A stretch of 64,000 bases of DNA, from sequence record PP301341.1, one strand, 5' to 3'. Below the pieces are notes generated by a model. The model ran no database searches and was not told the origin of the DNA. It was given only the letters and a program-made list of their open reading frames with translations. This DNA comes from Escherichia phage UE-S5b. The translations under genes were made by a program, and so were the position numbers. Below are positions 60,566-64,000 of this stretch, in pieces. How positions within the stretch are numbered: position 1 is the first letter of the stretch; each line of letters begins with the position of its first letter.

Positions 60566-60775
60566 TTACTCAGCATCTTTGCTTGCAGGAGCAAGAGCTT
60601 TCTTCAGGTAATTGCGTACTGAACGATAGGTTTCTTTAGTATCCATAGCACTATCATTTACGAAAGTGATACGTGCACAATCAGACAGCGGAATCTGCTC
60701 CACTGCAATTACATTTGCAGCATTAATGGTTACACGTACATCTGAGGTTGCATGAGTTACTTGAAATACTGACAT
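60566..60775 (-). CDS. hypothetical small protein
   Basis: 69-aa ORF; hairpin TAGCCCA-N7-TGGGCTA lies just downstream. Confidence 0.35.
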   Translation of the reverse strand: MSVFQVTHATSDVRVTINAANVIAVEQIPLSDCARITFVNDSAMDTKETYRSVRNYLKKALAPASKDAE

Positions 60776-60805
60776 GTTGTTTCCTTAATTAAGCCGGATA
60801 GCCTT

Positions 60806-61312
60806 TTATTTTGAAGGTCTAGCAGCTACTGGTTTGTTTTCCTGATTCTGATACTTACCATTGTAATTAGCAGGTTCTTGAACCAGATGAAATAATACTT
60901 GAGCTATCCCAGCACCAGCCGGGATATGCAATTTCTTACGACCGTGATAGACCAGTTCGAGGGTAAGATACCCTTTCCATCCTGGTTCTATTACGGTATT
61001 GAACACTGATAATGCACGTCTTGCCCATGTAGACTTATCGTGAACGATTGCTACACAGGACGGGGACATGTTGAACTTCTCAATTGCTGAGGCCAAGGCG
61101 AACTTACCGAGATGGCGTGATACTTGATTTCCATCAACGACTTTCACCATTGGAATCAGCCCAAATAAGCGATAGAAGGTAATATCTTGTTTGATACGAA
61201 TATCATAACCAGCTTCACCTAATCCATAGCTTACACCATGCTCTGATACCTTATGGTCTGGGACATCCAGCAACTGAGATGAACGGTATAGAGAATTACC
61301 ATTAACAACCAT
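60806..61312 (-). CDS. dCTP deaminase / dUTPase-superfamily protein
   Basis: 168 aa; GLGEAGYDIRI and VFNTVIEPGWKGYLTLEL resemble the beta-barrel nucleotide-binding motifs of this superfamily. Confidence 0.55.
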   Translation of the reverse strand: MVVNGNSLYRSSQLLDVPDHKVSEHGVSYGLGEAGYDIRIKQDITFYRLFGLIPMVKVVDGNQVSRHLGKFALASAIEKFNMSPSCVAIVHDKSTWARRALSVFNTVIEPGWKGYLTLELVYHGRKKLHIPAGAGIAQVLFHLVQEPANYNGKYQNQENKPVAARPSK

Positions 61313-62487
61313 TATTTCATTCCTTTAGGGATATGAACTACCTCCCCAAAAGGTACGGTAGCATTGGGATTATTCAGAACACACCAGATGATAGGAATAT
61401 CAAATGGTAATTCTTCCATTGGACGAACATACATATCGGAGAATATGATTGCAGCGGTTGGTTTATTCTTAATAATCCACTCGCGTACTGGTTCCAGGTT
61501 TGTACCACCACGACCGGTAATCTTAATCTCTTCAAAAGTATCTTCTTCAGTGATGTCTATCTCTTCTTGGATAATATCGTCGAAGGTAATTAAGGACATC
61601 TTCTTAGGATTGAACTGGCTCTTAACGTAGGCAACCTCTGAGTTAAAACGCAGAGAGTCAGCACTACTAATAGAACCAGATACATCCTCAAAGTAGGCTA
61701 AGTGTCGTAAGCGTCCTTCATCATCTTCCATGGAAGGTAGATAGATGTCAGTAAAACGACGGTTAGGTCTGGCCCACGTATAATGAGTATCGTCAATGTC
61801 GGTAAAGAAGTTCATGAGGACTTCCTGCCATGGAACCACTGGTTTAAGGAATTGGGTAATAACCTCTTCCATACGACCAGCACCCTTACCGGGCATCTGT
61901 CCACCAGCCATTTTCTGGCTCTGCATTGCTCGTACTACGTTGTTGACGACAGCACCCTGGGACTGCCCCGAAGTGGGGGATTTCATGTCGCCAGCAAGAC
62001 CTGCTCCAGCACCCCCTGACGGCTTCTGCCTTTTCTGAGGGTTCTTCATCAGGTCATCGTAGATGTCTTCTTCGACCCATCCTTTATATTGAGGGTCTTT
62101 GCAAATACCTTTATCAATGCCAGTGAACTTATAACCATCTTCTTCTAACTGAAGGTTAATGAAGTGGTCACACGCCTGGTTCCAGATTTCTGGGTCACGG
62201 CTTCCACGACGGATGCCATGCAGATATGCCACATGCCAAAGTTCATGCATTAACACTGTTTCTCTGGCATCTGGACACATCCAGATAAAGAAATCTGGAT
62301 TGAAGTGAAGTTCTATCCCATCAGTACATGCAGTGGGACAATTCTCACGTTTCCATGAGAACTTAAGACTACATAGTAATGAACCAAAGAACGCAGCACT
62401 GCGTCCGAGAAATGCGTTGGCCTGTATTCTATCGTATTCCCTCATTAACTGTTCATCAGTGAGGTTATGTGGTGGTATGTTATTCAT
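61312..62487 (-). CDS. VWA-domain protein with N-terminal HExxH metallopeptidase-like domain (partner of the MoxR-type ATPase)
   Basis: 391 aa; MHELWHVAYLH (HExxH) in the N-terminal half; MIDAS motif DVSGSIS (DxSxS) in the C-terminal half. Confidence 0.6.
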   Translation of the reverse strand: MNNIPPHNLTDEQLMREYDRIQANAFLGRSAAFFGSLLCSLKFSWKRENCPTACTDGIELHFNPDFFIWMCPDARETVLMHELWHVAYLHGIRRGSRDPEIWNQACDHFINLQLEEDGYKFTGIDKGICKDPQYKGWVEEDIYDDLMKNPQKRQKPSGGAGAGLAGDMKSPTSGQSQGAVVNNVVRAMQSQKMAGGQMPGKGAGRMEEVITQFLKPVVPWQEVLMNFFTDIDDTHYTWARPNRRFTDIYLPSMEDDEGRLRHLAYFEDVSGSISSADSLRFNSEVAYVKSQFNPKKMSLITFDDIIQEEIDITEEDTFEEIKITGRGGTNLEPVREWIIKNKPTAAIIFSDMYVRPMEELPFDIPIIWCVLNNPNATVPFGEVVHIPKGMK

Positions 62488-62963
62488 TAAGATGCTCCAT
62501 GATTTATATGGTAACCCAATAATTTTTCTGCTTCCTTTCTGGCTGTAATGGCCTCTTGTTTACTGTTAAACTTTCCTAAGTAAATTTGTTTACCATTATC
62601 ATTTATATGGGCAGCCCAGATTTTATCTCGGGTGTGCCAGTAAACTCCTGTCACACCTGATGTATTTGTAATTCTCTTGGTTTGATTTTTGCAATTAATC
62701 GAGTTTGTTACTAAACGGAAATTGCTTGGGTAATTATTTAATCTATTATGGTCAATATGGTCTACCTGCATACCGTCAGGAATTGGTCCAATCTCCATTT
62801 CATAAATTATGCGGTGAACTAAATGCATTTTCTTGTTACATTTAACACGCAAATACCCACTGTTATCCAAACAACCGGCAATGGCACCTGCTTTTACGCA
62901 GCCCCTGCTTACTTTCCAGTAGAGGGAACCATTGCTATAAACAAATAGTTCATGCCAATTCAT
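62487..62963 (-). mobile_element. HNH-AP2 homing endonuclease gene inserted between the VWA and ATPase genes
   Basis: 158 aa; HNH core LVHRIIYEMEIGPIPDGMQVDHIDHNRLNN; C-terminal AP2-like GVYWHTRDKIWAAHINDNGKQIYLGKFNSKQEAITARKEA; start and stop abut both neighbours. Confidence 0.7.
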
Positions 62964-62967
62964 TATT

Positions 62968-64000
62968 TTATCCGTGAATGTAACGAGAGATATTAGCAGC
63001 AGCCTTACGCCATTCAGGTGTAGCCTGAAGTTCTGGCAATGCTCTGCCTACTGTACGGAAGTACAGAATCTTATGGGTGAACGTTTTAAAGCGTTCAATG
63101 TACTGAAGAACATCAGAGAAGTTTTCTTCAGTAGTTTTGTTAGCCAGGTGGTTAACAGTAGCCCAACACAGGTTGTTATCTTCCGGTAGTGCACAGCCCA
63201 GAGGGTCTTTGACTACTTTCTCAATCGTAATCATACGATTGTATACCTGAGTGAATTGAACAAACTCTGTAGCCTTACCAGCAGTAACATGTCCTGCGTA
63301 GTAGATAGAATCTTCATCTGGCAGAGCACCTTCAGGACGGTTCTTGAGGTCTTTGTTAACAAAGTCCCAGGTGCGTGGGCAACAGAACGTTTTGTTCTTA
63401 TGGGCTGGGTCGAAGTCATGCAGATAACCTGGGTTAGCATGTAAGAATGCAACCAGACGTTCATCCCATTCTTGTGGAATCATTACATCTTCAACAAAGA
63501 TGTCGAAGTTAAGTTCCATTTCGAAGTGAACCACGCGAGACTGCATTGCAGTGCCCAGTGGGTTAACAATGGCACGGTCAGTAGCTTTGTTACCAGCACA
63601 TATAATCATCACATTAGGATGGAGTTTTTTCTGACCAGTCATACGGTCCAGAATCAGTTTGTATGCAGCAGCTACTACTTCTTTTCTGGCTGAGTTGAAC
63701 TCATCAAGGAACAGGAGCCAACCATTATATCCTTCCGGTATCTCATCCCCCTCAATAGGGAATAAGTCAGCGAATGGGATAAACTCTGCACGGTCACCAT
63801 TACGGAATGGTAGACCAGACAAATCCTCTGGGGCAGAAGTAGACAGACGATGGTCTATCAGTTTCATACCAAATTCTTCTGCAACAGAGCGAATAATTGC
63901 AGATTTACCCATTCCCGGTGATGAAGTCAGGAACGGTACGTTACCTGCTTGCAGGGCACGGATAATAAAGTTACGGGCCTGACGTGTATTACATACGGTC
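62968..64000 (-). CDS. MoxR-like AAA+ ATPase (N-terminus beyond the window end)
   Basis: Walker A ...TSSPGMGKSAII; Walker B WLLFLDEFN; the ORF stays open upstream of the track start at 63912 through to the window end. Confidence 0.65.
   Translation of the reverse strand, partial: TVCNTRQARNFIIRALQAGNVPFLTSSPGMGKSAIIRSVAEEFGMKLIDHRLSTSAPEDLSGLPFRNGDRAEFIPFADLFPIEGDEIPEGYNGWLLFLDEFNSARKEVVAAAYKLILDRMTGQKKLHPNVMIICAGNKATDRAIVNPLGTAMQSRVVHFEMELNFDIFVEDVMIPQEWDERLVAFLHANPGYLHDFDPAHKNKTFCCPRTWDFVNKDLKNRPEGALPDEDSIYYAGHVTAGKATEFVQFTQVYNRMITIEKVVKDPLGCALPEDNNLCWATVNHLANKTTEENFSDVLQYIERFKTFTHKILYFRTVGRALPELQATPEWRKAAANISRYIHG

Noticed and set aside
1-64000. CRISPR arrays, integrase / attachment sites, transposase genes
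   Set aside because: No short regularly spaced direct repeats, no tyrosine or serine recombinase motifs and no IS-like inverted repeats were seen; the only repeats are the two large tandem duplications and the TATAGG motif copies.

Overview
This window reads as a large piece of an N4-like podovirus (Schitoviridae-type) genome, in the reverse orientation to the usual N4 map. The family assignment is an inference from gene content and order, not a database hit. Layout: (i) 1-2750, small minus-strand genes including a tandem paralog family and an HExxH protein; (ii) 2916-36899, plus-strand late module: terminase, two tailspikes with C-terminal self-cleaving chaperone domains, a lysis cassette, portal, scaffold, major capsid, internal virion proteins and a 3456-aa virion RNA polymerase; (iii) 38100-39400, a minus-strand tRNA / tRNA-like cluster, then a ~600-bp non-coding stretch with repeated motifs; (iv) 40459-64000, minus-strand replication and nucleotide-metabolism module (resolvase, SSB, Sak4-like ATPase, primase, family A DNA polymerase, SF1 helicase, rIIA/rIIB-like, ThyX-like, dCTP-deaminase-like, VWA + MoxR ATPase pair split by an HNH-AP2 endonuclease). 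The sequence is draft quality: scattered N bases and two exact tandem duplications (149 bp and ~261 bp) with an N at each junction break two genes. Most worth following up: a DUF2829 (Tad2-like) candidate anti-defence gene, the non-canonical tRNA-like elements, the repeated AGCCCATA(A)TAGGGG motifs, the paralog array at the left edge, and an Imm-like membrane protein. All functional calls rest on motifs read by eye and on synteny; no searches were run.
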